Below, piece after piece: positions 12,449 to 29,998 of a stretch of 64,000 nt of DNA. The notes under the pieces were generated by a model, which had not been told where the DNA came from, made no database searches, and was given only the letters and a program-made list of their open reading frames with translations. Source of the stretch: an uncultured Gemmatimonadales bacterium (GTDB lineage Bacteria > Gemmatimonadota > Gemmatimonadetes > Palauibacterales > Palauibacteraceae); the NCBI GenBank assembly GCA_963783385.1, contig CAWANJ010000001.1, positions 224,001-288,000 on the forward strand, given 5' to 3'. Positions within the stretch are counted from its first letter, which is position 1. Each line of letters opens with the position of its first letter. The position numbers were made by a program, and so were the translations under genes.

Positions 12449-14554
12449 TCAGGAACGGCCCCTGCCGTTGCCCGAGATGATCTCCTCCGCCTTCGAGCGC
12501 GGGACCTCTTCGTAGTGCGAGAACTGCATCGTGTACACGGCCCGCCCCTGGCTGAGCGAGCGCAGGGTGGTCGAGTACCCGAACATCTCCGACAGGGGGA
12601 CCGAAGCCCCGATCACCTGCGCGGAGGAGCGCTGCGTCATGCCGCCGATCTTGCCCCGGCGGCTGGAAAGATCGCCCATCACGTCCCCCAGGTACTCCTC
12701 CGGGGTGACGACTTCCACGTCCATGATCGGCTCGAGCAGGACGGGGCTCGCCCGCCGTACGGCCTCCTTGAGCGCCATGGATCCTGCCACCTTGAACGCC
12801 ATCTCGCTCGAGTCCACGTCGTGGTACGAGCCGTCGATCAGGGTGGCCTTGATGTCGATGAGGGGATAGCCCGCGACCACGCCCGAGTCGAGCGCCTCGC
12901 GGATGCCCCGCTCCACCGAGGGGATGAACTCGCGAGGGATCGAGCCGCCGTAGATCTCGTCCTCGAACAGGAAGCCCGTCCCGGGCTCGGCCGGCTCGAG
13001 GTTGATGACGACGTGACCGTACTGGCCCCGACCACCCGTCTGCTTGATGAACTTGCCCTCGACCTTCTGCACCGCCTTCCGGATGGTCTCCCGGTAGGCG
13101 ACCTGCGGCCGGCCGACGTTGGCGTCCACCTTGAACTCGCGCTGCAGCCGGTCGACGATGATCTCCAGGTGCAGCTCGCCCATGCCGCTGATGATCGTCT
13201 GACCCGTCTCGGGATCGGTATGCACCCGGAAGGTCGGGTCCTCGTCCGCCAGCCGCTGGAGCGCCTCGGAGAGCTTGTCCTGGTCGGCCTTCGTCCTGGG
13301 CTCGATGGCCACGCGGATCACCGGCTCGGGGAAGCTCATCGACTCGAGGACGATGGGCGCGTCCTTGTCGCTCAGCGTGTCGCCCGTCCGGGTGTTCTTG
13401 AGCCCGATGGCCGCGGCAATGTCACCCGCGAACACCTCCTCGCGCTCCTCCCGCTTGTTGGCGTGCATCTGCAGGAGCCGGGAGACGCGCTCCTGGCCGT
13501 CCTGCGTGGAGTTCAGCACGTACGAGCCCGCCTTGAGCGAGCCCGAGTACACCCTGAAATAGGTGAGCCGCCCGACGTACGGGTCCGTCGCGATCTTGAA
13601 GGCCAGGGCCGAGAAGGGCGCGTCGTCGGAGGCCTCGCGCGATTCCTCGTGCTCGTCCTTGTGCGGGACGTGTCCCTTGACCGGCGGCACGTCGATCGGC
13701 GCCGGCAGGTAGTCGACCACGGCGTCCAGGAGCCGCTGGACGCCCTTGTTCTTGAAGGATGCGCCGCACAGCACGGGCGTGAACGTGCCCGACAGCGTGG
13801 CCTTGCGGATGGCCCGCCGCAGCTCCTCCACGCTGAGATCCTGCCCCTCCAGGTACTTCTCGAGCAGCTCCTCGTCGTGCTCGACCACGGCCTCGATCAG
13901 CTCGTGGCGGAGCTCGCCGATCTTCTCGTTCAGGGAGTCGGGGACCGGCTCCTCGCTCCACCGCATCCCCAGGGACTCCTCGTCGTATACGATCTCCTTC
14001 TGCTCGACGATGTCCACCAGCCCGGTGAACAGCTCGCCCGAGCCGAGGGGCCACTGGATCGGGTGGGCGTTGGCGCCCAGTCGATCGTGCATCATCTGGA
14101 TGACGTTGGCGTAGTCGGCGCCCACCCGGTCCATCTTGTTGACGAACGCGATGCGCGGGACGCCGTACCGATCGGCCTGGCGCCACACGGTCTCCGACTG
14201 GGGCTCCACGCCTCCCACCGCGCAGAACAGGGCCACCGCGCCGTCGAGCACACGCAGGCTGCGCTCCACCTCCACGGTGAAGTCGACGTGCCCGGGGGTG
14301 TCGATGATGTTGATGCGATAATCCTGGTCTTTGTGCTTCCAGAAGGCCGTCGTCGCCGCGGAGGTGATGGTGATGCCCCGCTCCTGCTCCTGCTCCATCC
14401 AGTCCATCGTGGCATCGCCATGATGGACCTCGCCCATCCAATGCAGCCTCCCCGTGTAGTAGAGGATGCGCTCGGTGGTGGTGGTCTTACCGGCATCGAT
14501 GTGTGCCATGATGCCGATGTTCCGCAGCTTGTCGAGCGGCGTCTTCCTGGGCAT
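12449..14554 (-). CDS. fusA: elongation factor G
   Basis: [17 protein letters not shown] and NKMD; 701 aa. Confidence 0.99.
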   Translation of the reverse strand: MPRKTPLDKLRNIGIMAHIDAGKTTTTERILYYTGRLHWMGEVHHGDATMDWMEQEQERGITITSAATTAFWKHKDQDYRINIIDTPGHVDFTVEVERSLRVLDGAVALFCAVGGVEPQSETVWRQADRYGVPRIAFVNKMDRVGADYANVIQMMHDRLGANAHPIQWPLGSGELFTGLVDIVEQKEIVYDEESLGMRWSEEPVPDSLNEKIGELRHELIEAVVEHDEELLEKYLEGQDLSVEELRRAIRKATLSGTFTPVLCGASFKNKGVQRLLDAVVDYLPAPIDVPPVKGHVPHKDEHEESREASDDAPFSALAFKIATDPYVGRLTYFRVYSGSLKAGSYVLNSTQDGQERVSRLLQMHANKREEREEVFAGDIAAAIGLKNTRTGDTLSDKDAPIVLESMSFPEPVIRVAIEPRTKADQDKLSEALQRLADEDPTFRVHTDPETGQTIISGMGELHLEIIVDRLQREFKVDANVGRPQVAYRETIRKAVQKVEGKFIKQTGGRGQYGHVVINLEPAEPGTGFLFEDEIYGGSIPREFIPSVERGIREALDSGVVAGYPLIDIKATLIDGSYHDVDSSEMAFKVAGSMALKEAVRRASPVLLEPIMDVEVVTPEEYLGDVMGDLSSRRGKIGGMTQRSSAQVIGASVPLSEMFGYSTTLRSLSQGRAVYTMQFSHYEEVPRSKAEEIISGNGRGRS

Positions 14555-14718
14555 GATCTATCCGCGTATCCGTACTTTGTCGTTCAAAGCCTTCATCACA
14601 TCTCTCACGCAACCGGGGCCGGCCCGTCGGCGCCCTCGCCGAGCGACCGGCCCGAGTACTCGAGCGTGGGCGGGTCGACGGAACCGTTCCCGTCGCCCCG
14701 ACCGATGGGGCCTAGCGC

Positions 14719-15189
14719 CTACCAGCGATAGTGGGCGAAAGCCTTGTTCGCGTCCGCCATCCGGTGCACTTCCTGCTTTCGGCGGACCGCTCCGCCCTCG
14801 CCGTTGCTGGCGTCGACCAGCTCGCTCGCCAGCCGGTCCGCCATGGTCCGGTCCCCGCGCTGGCGGGAGAAGAACACCACCCACCGCCGGGCCAGTGAAT
14901 CGCGCCGGGCGGGGTGGACCTCCATGGGCACCTGATAGGTCGCGCCACCCACCCGCCGGCTGCGCACCTCCACCACGGGCCGCGCGTTGGAGAGGGCCTG
15001 CCGAAACACGTTCAGCGCCGGCTGGCCCGTCCGCTCCTCGATCTTGCGCATCGCCTCGTAGAAGATCGACTCGGCGATCGAGCGCTTCCCGTCGATCATC
15101 ACCGAGCTGATGAACTTGGTGACATCCTGGCTCCCGTACCGGGGGTCGGGCGCCACGTCCCGCCGATCGGCTCTCTGTCTCCGCGACAT
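14719..15189 (-). CDS. rpsG: 30S ribosomal protein S7
   Basis: SRRVGGATYQVP and ANKAFAHYRW. Confidence 0.99.
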   Translation of the reverse strand: MSRRQRADRRDVAPDPRYGSQDVTKFISSVMIDGKRSIAESIFYEAMRKIEERTGQPALNVFRQALSNARPVVEVRSRRVGGATYQVPMEVHPARRDSLARRWVVFFSRQRGDRTMADRLASELVDASNGEGGAVRRKQEVHRMADANKAFAHYRW

Positions 15190-15216
15190 CCTCTTCCTCG
15201 CGCTCCCTGACGCTCG

Positions 15217-15588
15217 CTACCGCGGCCGCTTGGCGCCGTACTTGGACCGCCCCTGCCGCCGGTCCTGCACGCCCGATGCATCCAGCGTACCGCGCACGAT
15301 GTGGTAACGGACGCCCGGCAGGTCCTTTACTCGCCCGCCCCGGATGAGCACGATGCTGTGCTCCTGCAGGTTGTGTCCCTCACCCGGGATGTAGGCCGTG
15401 ACCTCGTAGCCGTTCGTGAGCCGTACGCGAGCCACCTTCCGCAGGGCCGAGTTGGGCTTCTTGGGCGTCGTCGTATACACCCGCGTGCACACGCCGCGCT
15501 TCTGGGGACTTCCCTCCAGGGCGGGCGCCTTGCGCTTCTTGTCGGCCTTGCTGCGGCCCTTGCGGACCAGCTGGTTGATCGTCGGCAT
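15217..15588 (-). CDS. rpsL: 30S ribosomal protein S12
   Basis: [21 protein letters not shown] and [10 protein letters not shown]. Confidence 0.99.
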   Translation of the reverse strand: MPTINQLVRKGRSKADKKRKAPALEGSPQKRGVCTRVYTTTPKKPNSALRKVARVRLTNGYEVTAYIPGEGHNLQEHSIVLIRGGRVKDLPGVRYHIVRGTLDASGVQDRRQGRSKYGAKRPR

Positions 15589-15743
15589 TCAGCCAGGAAT
15601 CCTCGTGTCCGTTCACGACTCGTGCGGTCCGGCGCGCCCGATCGGCCCCTCCGGGGCATGGTCGGGCAGGAAAAAAGTGCGGGGACGAGTACCCGCCCCC
15701 GCGCCGCATCGCGCCCATCGACCCGCTGATCGACAGAACACGT

Positions 15744-15772
15744 ACTCTAGGGGCATTCGGCGGGAATGTCAA
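15744..15772 (-). promoter_or_regulatory. sigma70-type promoter of the str/S10 operon
   Basis: TTGACA (15772-15767), 17-nt spacer, TAGAGT (15749-15744), upstream of rpsL. Confidence 0.75.
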
Positions 15773-15785
15773 GCAGATGCGGGGC

Positions 15786-15821
15786 CCCGGGAGGCGGCTC
15801 CGAGCGGGCCCGCCTCCCGGG
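15786..15821. terminator. 12-bp inverted-repeat hairpin just after the rpoC stop
   Basis: CCCGGGAGGCGG (15786-15797) pairs with CCGCCTCCCGGG (15810-15821); no clear U-tract on the minus strand. Confidence 0.5.
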
Positions 15822-15834
15822 TTTCTCCACGCCG

Positions 15835-18800
15835 CTAGGCCTCGACCTCCTCCGGCTCGGACTCCGACTCCGCCGTCTCGTCGGCGGGCAATCCGTCGCC
15901 GGTCAGATCCGCGAACAACCCCTCGCCGCGGGAGGAAGCGGCGGGCCGACGCAGTCGGTCCAGCTCCTCCTGCAGCTCCTCGCCCACCAGGAACTCGACG
16001 TCCTCGAACCGGTGGATGCCGGTGCCGGCCGGGATCTGGTGCCCGATGATGATGTTCTCCTTCAGCCCCCGGAGGTCGTCCCGCGCTCCCCGGACGGCCG
16101 CGTCGGTGAGCACGCGCGTGGTCTCCTGGAACGACGCCGCGCTGATGAAGGACTCGGTGGTCAAGCTGGACTTGGTGATGCCCAGCAGGATCGGCTCGGC
16201 CCGCGGCGGCTTGCCTCCCTCCTGGAGCACCGTGCGCGTCCTCTCCCGGAAGTCCATCCGGTCGACGTGCTCGCCCTCGAGGTACGCGGTGTCGCCCGGG
16301 TCGGTCACCCGCACCTTCTGGAGCATCTGGCGGACGATGACCCCGATGTGCTTGTCGTTGATCCGAACGCCCTGCAGCCGGTAGACCTCCTGGATCTCGT
16401 TGAGGAGGTATTCCTGCACCGCCCGCGGTCCCTTGACCAGCAGGATGTCGTGCGGGTTCACCGGACCCTCCGACAGGCGGTCGCCGGCCCGTACCATGTC
16501 GCCCTCGTGCACCCTGAGGTGCTTTCCGACCGCGACGGCGTACTTGTGCTCGTCGCCCTCCTCGGTGGTGACGATGATCTCGCGCTTGCCGCGCTTGATC
16601 CCGCCGAAGGAGACCTGGCCATCGACCTCGGTGATGGTGGCCGGGTCCTTGGGACGCCGGGCTTCGAACAGCTCCGCGACCCGCGGCAGGCCGCCCGTGA
16701 TGTCCCGGGTCTTGTAGGCTTCGCGGCTGATCTTGGCGAGGGTGTCGCCCGGCGTGACCTTCTGGCCCTCCTGGACCAGCAGCTGGGCGCCGACCGGGAC
16801 GATGAACTCGCGCAGCTTCTCTCCCTTCTTGTCCGCGATCTCGAGGCGCGGGTGCAGCTTCTTCTCGCGGTCCTCGATGATCACCAGCTGCCGTCGGCCC
16901 GTGGCCTCATCCAGCTCCTCGCGCACCGTCTCCTCGGGGACGATGTCGGAGAAGCGGATGGTACCGTCGTGGTCGGCCACGATCGGCTCCGAGTACGGGT
17001 CCCAGCTGAACAACAGGTCGCCCGGCTCCACCTCCTGCCCGTCGGTGACGTGCAGGTTGGCTCCGTAGGGCACCGCCAGCCGCGAGCGGATCCGATCCTC
17101 CTCCGTGTACATGAGGATCTGTCCCTCCCGGCTGGTGACGACCATCCGGTCGTCCGGGCTCTCCACGTACGTGATGCGTTCGAAGCCCACCTTGCCCTTG
17201 AGCTTGGACTTGCGCTGCGTCTGGGCGGCAATGCGGGCCGCGGTCCCGCCAATGTGGAAGGTCCGCAGGGTGAGCTGCGTGCCCGGCTCGCCGATGGACT
17301 GGGCGGCCAGGATCCCCACGGCCTCCCCAATGTCGACCTCGGCCATGGTGGCCAGGTTGCGCCCGTAGCACCGACGGCAGAATGCCCCGCCGAGCCTCGC
17401 ACGTGAGCACGGACCGGATCTTCACGGTCTGGATGCCGGAGTCCTCAATGGCCTCGGCCGCGGCCTCGTCGATGACCTCTCCGGCCTCGATGATGAGCTC
17501 CTCGTCGATCGGATCGACCACGTCCTCGAGGGCGACGTTGCCCACCACCCGGTCCCCCAGCGGCTCGATGATGTCCTCGCCCTCCTTGAGAGCCGACACC
17601 TCGAGCCCCAGCACCGTGCCGCAGTCGTCGTCCGTGACGGTGACGTCCTGGGCCACGTCCACGAGTCTGCGGGTCAGATAGCCCGCGTCGGCCGTCTTGA
17701 GCGCGGTGTCGGCCAATCCCTTACGGGCGCCGTGCGTGGAGATGAAGTACTCCAGCACGCTGAGGCCCTCGCGGAAGTTCGAGCGGATCGGGCTCTCGAT
17801 GATCTCGCCAATGCCGCCCGTGAGCTTCTTCTGCGGCTTGGCCATCAGGCCCCGCATGCCGGCCAGCTGGCGAATCTGGTCGCGGGAGCCTCTCGCCCCG
17901 GAGTCGAACATCATGAAGATCGGATTGAACCCACCCCGCGCCTGGGCCAGCCGGCGGACCATGGCGTCGGCCACGTCGTTGTTGGCGTGCGTCCAGGCGT
18001 CGATGACCTTGTTGTAGCGCTCTCCGAACGAGATCACGCCGCGGTGGTAGGCCTTGGTGAACCGATCGACCTGCTCCTGGGCTTCCGCGAGGATCTCGCG
18101 CTTCTCGGCCGGGATCTCCATGTCGATCATGCCGATCGAGATTCCACCGGCCGTGGCGACGCGGAAGCCGAAGTCCTTGAGTCGGTCCAGGAACTCGGTC
18201 GTCTTCTTGAGGCCCGCCTCCTGGAAAGACCGGAAGATCAGGTCCCCCAGCGAGCCCTTGGTCATCGTCTGGTCGACGAAGCGCACCTCCTCCGGGAGGA
18301 TCGCGTTGAACGCAACCCGACCGAGGGTCGTCGGCAGCCACCGGTCCTCGAACCAGAACAGGACCGGCTGCTGCCAGTCCGGACTCCCGTGCGCCTTCCG
18401 GGACTGCCCGTTCTCGAGGCGGATGTCCACTTCCTCGTAGCTGCCCAGACGCGGAAGGTCGGAATCCTCGATCCGGCCCTCGAACTTGGGACCGGGCTTG
18501 GTGACGTAGTAGCAGCCCAGGACCATGTCCTGCGTCGGCGCCGCGATCGGCCGCCCGTTGGCGGGCTTGAGGATGTTGTTGCTGGAGAGCATGAGGACGC
18601 GCGACTCCAGCTGCGCCTCGAAGGACAGCGGCACGTGCACGGCCATCTGGTCCCCGTCGAAGTCGGCGTTGAAAGCCGCGCACACGAGCGGGTGGATCCG
18701 GATGGCCTTCCCCTCGACCAGGACCGGCTCGAACGCCTGGATGCCCAGTCGGTGCAGGGTGGGCGCACGGTTGAGGAGGACCGGGTGGTCCTTGATGATG

Positions 18801-20066
18801 TCCTCGAGGACCTCGTAGACCTTCGGGTCGTCCTCCTCGACCAGCTTCTTGGCGCGCTTCACGGTCTCGGCGAGCTCACGTCGCTCGAGCTCGTGGATGA
18901 TGTAGGGCTTGAAGAGCTCGACGGCCATCACCTTGGGCAGGCCGCACTGGTGCAGCTTGAGCTCCGGGCCCACCACGATGACGGAACGGCCCGAGTAGTC
19001 GACGCGCTTGCCCAGCAGGTTCTGCCGGAACCGCCCCTGCTTCCCCTTGAGCATGTCCGACAGCGACTTGAGCGGCCGCTTGCCGCGCCCCCGGATGGCC
19101 TTGCCCCGGCGACCGTTGTCGAACAGGGCGTCGACGGCCTCCTGGAGCATCCGCTTCTCGTTCCGGAGGATGACCTCCGGCGCGCGCATCTCGAGGAGCT
19201 TCTTGAGCCGGTTGTTCCTGTTGATGACCCGGCGGTACAGGTCGTTGAGGTCCGAGGTGGCGAAGCGCCCCCCATCCAGCGGCACCAGAGGACGCAGGTC
19301 CGGCGGGATGACCGGAATCACGTCCATGATGAAGTGCTCGGGGTTGTTCCGCTGGTCGGGCGTCTCCCCGCTGCCGCGGATCGCGTCGATCACCTTGAGT
19401 CGCTTGAGCTTCTTCTTCTTACGGTGCTTGGAGGTCTCGTGCGCCACCTCGTAACGAAGCTGTTCGGCCAGCTCGTCCACGTCGAGCTGCCCGAGGAGGC
19501 TACGGACCGCCTCCGCGCCGATCTCGGCCCGGAATTCCGTGTCCCCCTCCTGGCGAGCCTTCTCGGTCAGCTCCCAGTACTCGTCTTCGTCCAGGAGCTG
19601 CTTGTAATCGACGTCCTGCCGCCCGGGGTGCGTGACCACATAAGCCGCGTAGTAGGTGACCTGCTCGAGGTTCTTGAGCTTCATGCCGAGCAGGTAACCC
19701 ATCTGCGACGGGAGCGTCTTGAAGAACCAGATGTGGGCGACCGGCACGGCCAGCTCGATGTGGCCCATGCGCTCGCGCCGCACCTTGGAGAGCGTCACCT
19801 CCACGCCGCACTTGTCGCACACGTGCCCGCGGTAGCGGATCCGCTTGAACTTCCCGCAGTGGCACTCCCAGTCCTTCACCGGGCCGAAGATGCGCTCGCA
19901 GAACAGCCCGTCCCGCTCCGGCTTGAAGGAGCGGTAGTTGATGGTCTCGGGCTTGGTCACCTCGCCGTAGCTCCACGACCGGATCTCCTCCGGGCGAGGC
20001 GATCTTGATCTGGATCCAGTCGAAGTCCGACGGGCTGCCGCCCCGATTTCTCGGAAAATCGATCAT
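15835..20066 (-). CDS. rpoC: RNA polymerase beta' subunit (two apparent frameshifts, near 19991 and 17381)
   Basis: Three ORF pieces join into one RpoC: [29 protein letters not shown]...CDKC zinc finger, [31 protein letters not shown] and SAASFQETT. Confidence 0.97.
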
Positions 20067-20136
20067 CTGCTATCCTTCTCAGCTGCGGTCGTGGTCGTAC
20101 CGGTATTCGTGATGGCCGGGTCCACCCCGGACCGCC

Positions 20137-24751
<4,615 letters not shown>

Positions 24752-24875
24752 GAATGCCTCTCCTGCCAGTTCGGAAGGATCGCGGGCACGGGCCACGCGA
24801 TCAGGGTCGACACGGCCTCGGCGCCCGGTCCCCGGACGTGCCGTGACCGTCCCGTCGCCGGGCCGGTCGCCTGCG

Positions 24876-24945
24876 AGAAGAAACGCGGAGGACGAGGCGG
24901 GCGGGCCCCTGGGGGACCGCCACCGGCTTCGTCATCCGCGTTCTC
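24876..24945 (-). terminator. candidate attenuator/terminator hairpin between rplL and rpoB
   Basis: Minus strand AACGCGGATGACGAAGCCGG...CCGCCTCGTCCTCCGCGTT followed by TCTTCTC. Confidence 0.5.
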
Positions 24946-25118
24946 CGGCCCGCACGGGAACGCCCCCCGGCTCGGGCCGGGTGTCCGTGCGAGGGTATGT
25001 GATTCGTTGTTTCTTTCGTCCATAGCAGCGAGCTTGGGGGCCCTTTCCGGACACCGGTCTCTCCGGCCCGTCCGGCCGGGGAAGCGGACGCGGGGCACCG
25101 CCCCGCGCCGGCTCGCAG

Positions 25119-25496
25119 CTACTTCAGCTCGACGGTCGCACCCTGCTCCTCGAGCTTCGCCTTGATGGACTCGGCCTCCTCCTTCGTCACGCCCTCGCGG
25201 ACCGGCCCGGGCGCGTTGTCCACCACTTCCTTGGCCTCCTTGAGACCGAGGCTCGTCACCTCTCGCACGACCTTGATGACCTGGATCTTCTTGTCACCAA
25301 TGCCCGTGAGGATGACGTCGAAGGAGGTCTTTTCTTCCTCCTCGGCGCCCGCTCCGGCGCCGGCGCCACCGGCCGCCACGGCCACGGGGGCCGCCGCGGT
25401 GACGCCGAACTTCTCCTCCATCTTCTCCTTCAGCTCGGCCGCCTCGAGGACGGTGAGCGAGCCGATGGACTCCAGGATTTCGTCGACCTTGCTCAT
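25119..25496 (-). CDS. rplL: 50S ribosomal protein L7/L12
   Basis: [20 protein letters not shown] and LGLKEAK. Confidence 0.99.
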   Translation of the reverse strand: MSKVDEILESIGSLTVLEAAELKEKMEEKFGVTAAAPVAVAAGGAGAGAGAEEEEKTSFDVILTGIGDKKIQVIKVVREVTSLGLKEAKEVVDNAPGPVREGVTKEEAESIKAKLEEQGATVELK

Positions 25497-25563
25497 GCTG
25501 CGCTGCTCCCTACCCTAGGTCTCAAGGTTTGTTCGTCCCGTCGTGCGGGCCCGCCAGCCGCCA

Positions 25564-26103
25564 TCAGTCGGCGGCGCCTTCCTCGCGCTTCCTGGCCACT
25601 TCTCCGGCCATGTAGGCGATGTCTCTCAGGAGCCCGTTGAGGATCTGCACGATCCCGGCCACCGGGGCGGTGAGGCTTCCCATGATGGACGCCAGCAAGG
25701 CGTCCCGAGGTGGAAGCTCGGCGAGGCGCGAGAACTCCTCGGTCGTGATCACACGCCGTCCCACCACCCCCACCTTGACGCTGGGGCGCTCGTCGTGCTC
25801 CTTTGCGAAGTCGCGGACGATCTTCGCCGGCACCACCGGGTCCTCGGCGCCGAACACCACGCCCGTGGGTCCGCGCAGGTGGTCCGCCAGCTCCGGCAGG
25901 TCGAGGCTCTCGAGCGCCCGGCGGGCCAGCGTGTTCTTGGCCACCTGGTACTCGACGCCACCCTCCCGGAGGCGCGCCCGAAGTTCGGTCATGGCCTGGA
26001 CGTCCAGGCCCGTGAAGTCGGTCAGGTAGATCGTCCCGGCCGCCTCGAACCGCTGGGCGAGCTCGTCCGCGATCGTCTGCTTCTTCTCCAGCGTCATCGC
26101 CAT
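25564..26103 (-). CDS. rplJ: 50S ribosomal protein L10
   Basis: DFTGL, VAKNTL and LAELP. Confidence 0.98.
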   Translation of the reverse strand: MAMTLEKKQTIADELAQRFEAAGTIYLTDFTGLDVQAMTELRARLREGGVEYQVAKNTLARRALESLDLPELADHLRGPTGVVFGAEDPVVPAKIVRDFAKEHDERPSVKVGVVGRRVITTEEFSRLAELPPRDALLASIMGSLTAPVAGIVQILNGLLRDIAYMAGEVARKREEGAAD

Positions 26104-26143
26104 GGGGCTGCTCTCGACTCCTCGCTCGACTGCGCCGGCCGGC

Positions 26144-26845
26144 TCACGCCGTGCTGCGGCGATACAGGTTCGGATCGATGGGCACGCCTGGACCCATCGT
26201 GCTGCTGACGGTCACGCTACGGACGTAGGCACCCTTGGCCGCCGCCGGGCGCTGCCGGAGGACGGCGTCCATGAGGGCCCGGAAGTTCTCGACCAGCTGC
26301 TCCAGCGAGAAGCTCGTCTTGCCGATGGGCGCGTGCAGGTTCCCGTCGCGGTCCACGCGGAACTCGATCTTGCCGGCCTTGGCCTCGCGAACCGCGCGCC
26401 CCACGTCCTGGGTGACGGTACCGGCCTTGGGCGTCGGCATGAGGCCCCGGGGGCCCAGGATCCGGCCCAGCCTGGCGACGTCCTTCATGAGGTCGGGGGT
26501 GGCGACGGCCACGTCGAAGTCCAGCCAGCCGCCCTCGATCTTCTCGATGAACTCCGGTCCGACGAAGTCCGCCCCGGCCTCCTCGGCCTCGCGGGCCTTG
26601 GGCCCCTGGGCCAGGGCCAGCACGCGCACGGTCTTGCCGGTGCCGGCCGGGAGCACGACCGTCCCGCGCACCAGCTGGTCCGCCTGGCGGGGGTCCACTC
26701 CGAGCCGGAGGGCCACCTCGACCGTCTCGTCGAAGCCGGCCGACCCGAGCTCCTTGACCTGCGTGAGCGCCTCGCCCGGCTCGTAGCTCCGTCCGGGCTC
26801 GAGGGTGGCCACGGCATCCCGGTACTTCTTGCCGCCGCGCCCCAT
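26144..26845 (-). CDS. rplA: 50S ribosomal protein L1
   Basis: [14 protein letters not shown] and SSTMGPG. Confidence 0.99.
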   Translation of the reverse strand: MGRGGKKYRDAVATLEPGRSYEPGEALTQVKELGSAGFDETVEVALRLGVDPRQADQLVRGTVVLPAGTGKTVRVLALAQGPKAREAEEAGADFVGPEFIEKIEGGWLDFDVAVATPDLMKDVARLGRILGPRGLMPTPKAGTVTQDVGRAVREAKAGKIEFRVDRDGNLHAPIGKTSFSLEQLVENFRALMDAVLRQRPAAAKGAYVRSVTVSSTMGPGVPIDPNLYRRSTA

Positions 26846-27270
26846 CAGCCCTGAACCTCGATGCCCATGGACCGCGCGGTTCCCGCGATCATACGGATCG
26901 CGGCCTCCTCGTCACCGGCGTTCAGATCCTCCATCTTGATCCGCGCGATCTTGCGCAGCTGCTCGCGGGTCACCGTGCCCACCTTGTCCCGGTTGGGCTC
27001 GGCCGACCCCGACGCGACGCCGGCCTCCTGCTTGAGGAGCACCGCCGCCGGGGGCGTCTTGGTGATAAAGGTGAAGCTGCGGTCCTGGTAGACCGTGATC
27101 TCCACGGGGATGATCGTCCCCGAGTCCTTGGCCGTCCGCGAGTTGAACTGCTTGCAGAACTCCATGATGTTGACGCCGTGCTGGCCGAGTGCCGGACCCA
27201 CGGGGGGCGCCGGGTTGGCCTGGCCGGCCGGGATCTGCAGCTTGATGAAGCCTGTCGCCTTCTTCGCCAT
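26845..27270 (-). CDS. rplK: 50S ribosomal protein L11
   Basis: [23 protein letters not shown]. Confidence 0.99.
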   Translation of the reverse strand: MAKKATGFIKLQIPAGQANPAPPVGPALGQHGVNIMEFCKQFNSRTAKDSGTIIPVEITVYQDRSFTFITKTPPAAVLLKQEAGVASGSAEPNRDKVGTVTREQLRKIARIKMEDLNAGDEEAAIRMIAGTARSMGIEVQG

Positions 27271-27362
27271 CGTTCCCCTGTCGTCCTTCTATGCCGTCGC
27301 GTGGCTCGTGTCCCGGAGCGCGGCGGGTGGGCGCGCTGCCCTCCCGCGTGCGTCGGTGCGGT

Positions 27363-27929
27363 TCAGAAGCCCTGGAGCTGCGTGTAGTCCAGCTCCACGC
27401 TCGTCGGCCGACCGAAGAGGCTCACCTGTACCCGGACCTTGCCCTTGTCCGGGAAGACCTCCTCCACCGTGCCGCTGAAGTCGCTGAACGGCCCCTCGGT
27501 GACCTCCACCGCCTGGCCGCGCCGGAACGGGATCTCCTCCTCCGGCCCCGCTTCCTCGAGTTCCTCGCTGATGCCGAGGATCTTGTTGATCTCTTCCTGC
27601 TTGAGCGGCTGGGGCTCGTCCCCGCCTCCCACGAACTTGATCACACCCTGCACGCTGTTGACCAGGTACATCGTGTCCTGGTTGAGGACCATCTGGAGCA
27701 GCACGTAGCCGGGATACAGCCGCCGTGTCTTGGTGACCTTCTTGCCGCCCTTGATCTCCACGACCTCCTGGGTCGGCACGATCACCTCGCGGATCGCCTT
27801 CTCCTCGGGCGTCTCGCCCGGCAACTCGGCGATCTTGCGCTCCAGGAGCGACTTCACCTTGTTCTCGTGACCCGAGTAGGTCTGCAGCGCGTACCAGCGT
27901 GGTTCCGGGCTCTCCCGTTCCTCAGCCAC
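27363..27929 (-). CDS. nusG: transcription antitermination factor NusG
   Basis: GTG start overlapping the secE stop; WYALQTYSGHE, YPGYV, KOW motif GPFSDF and FGRPTSVEL. Confidence 0.97.
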   Translation of the reverse strand: MAEERESPEPRWYALQTYSGHENKVKSLLERKIAELPGETPEEKAIREVIVPTQEVVEIKGGKKVTKTRRLYPGYVLLQMVLNQDTMYLVNSVQGVIKFVGGGDEPQPLKQEEINKILGISEELEEAGPEEEIPFRRGQAVEVTEGPFSDFSGTVEEVFPDKGKVRVQVSLFGRPTSVELDYTQLQGF

Positions 27930-28125
27930 CGAACACTCCCACCATCGTGCGAATGAACCACGAGAAGAACGCGTCCATGAGCCCGATGACAACGGAGAGG
28001 ATGAGCACGAACACCAGGATCACGATCGTAGCGTTACGCAGCTGCTCGCGGTCGGGCCACGTGACCCGACGCATCTCGACCTGCACACCCTCGACAAACT
28101 CCTTTAGACCCTGTAGTGCCGCCAT
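27922..28125 (-). CDS. secE: preprotein translocase subunit SecE
   Basis: EMRRVTWP followed by one transmembrane helix. Confidence 0.96.
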   Translation of the reverse strand: MAALQGLKEFVEGVQVEMRRVTWPDREQLRNATIVILVFVLILSVVIGLMDAFFSWFIRTMVGVFGG

Positions 28126-28275
28126 CCCGTCGGTTCTCCATCCTCACTCTTGGGCGAGGCCCGGCCCCGCTCCGTGCATCCCGGCGACGCGAAAGCCGGC
28201 CCCTCCTCGCTCCACGGCGAGGCGCGTCCGCTCCTCGTGGCGGAACGGACGCGGGCCGGCGCCCTTCACGCGCGC

Positions 28276-28425
28276 CTAGCGCGTCTCTTTGTGCGTAGTG
28301 TGGGCATCGCAGCGCGGACAGTACTTCTTGTACTCGACCCGCTGCGGATGTTTCCGCCGGTTCTTCGTGGTCGTGTAGTTACGCTCGTGGCACTTCGAGC
28401 ACTCGAGCGTGATCTGGTCCCTCAT
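28276..28425 (-). CDS. rpmG: 50S ribosomal protein L33, zinc-binding type (below the ORF-track length cutoff)
   Basis: Manual translation [49 protein letters not shown]. Confidence 0.97.
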   Translation of the reverse strand: MRDQITLECSKCHERNYTTTKNRRKHPQRVEYKKYCPRCDAHTTHKETR

Positions 28426-28429
28426 CGAA

Positions 28430-29626
<1,197 letters not shown>

Positions 29627-29738
29627 CGGCTCCCGTCTCCTGGCTACGTTTCTTCCGTCGCTGCTGGTCCTGTCGCCGCGCGGAGCCACGAGGTCCTCGC
29701 GGACCCGCTGCCGCTCCGCCTCCGGCGCCCCCTGCTCA

Positions 29739-29821
29739 TGGTGGGGGGAGGATTCGAACCTCCGAAGGCATAAGCCGGCAGATTTACAGTCTGCTCCGTT
29801 TGGCCGCTTCGGTACCCCACC
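29739..29821 (-). tRNA. tRNA-Tyr (GTA)
   Basis: GGTGGGG/CCCCACC acceptor stem, CTGTAAA anticodon loop, long variable arm, GGTTCGAATCC T arm. Confidence 0.97.
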
Positions 29822-29911
29822 GCGGGCCCGGCCCGTGCTCCGCTCCACGTCCACGGTCTCCGGGCGCGTCCGACGGGTCGGACCCGCCGGGGCTCCCACT
29901 CCTCGCGAGTG

Positions 29912-29984
29912 AGCTGACGGTGGGACTCGAACCCACAACCTTCGGATTACAAATCCGATGCTCTACCGATTGAGCTACGTCAGC
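29912..29984 (-). tRNA. tRNA-Thr (TGT)
   Basis: GCTGACG/CGTCAGC acceptor stem, TTTGTAA anticodon loop, GGTTCGAGTCC T arm. Confidence 0.97.
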
Positions 29985-29998
29985 AACGGGAGATCGGT

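Noticed and set aside
15835-17346. Natural split of rpoC into two genes
   Set aside because: The break falls inside the conserved second zinc-site motif and is repaired by deleting one base.
24988-25013. GAAAC-N17-CGCA on the minus strand upstream of rpoB, a near match to the ECF motif
   Set aside because: Mismatch in the conserved CGT of the -10 element and far from the start codon.
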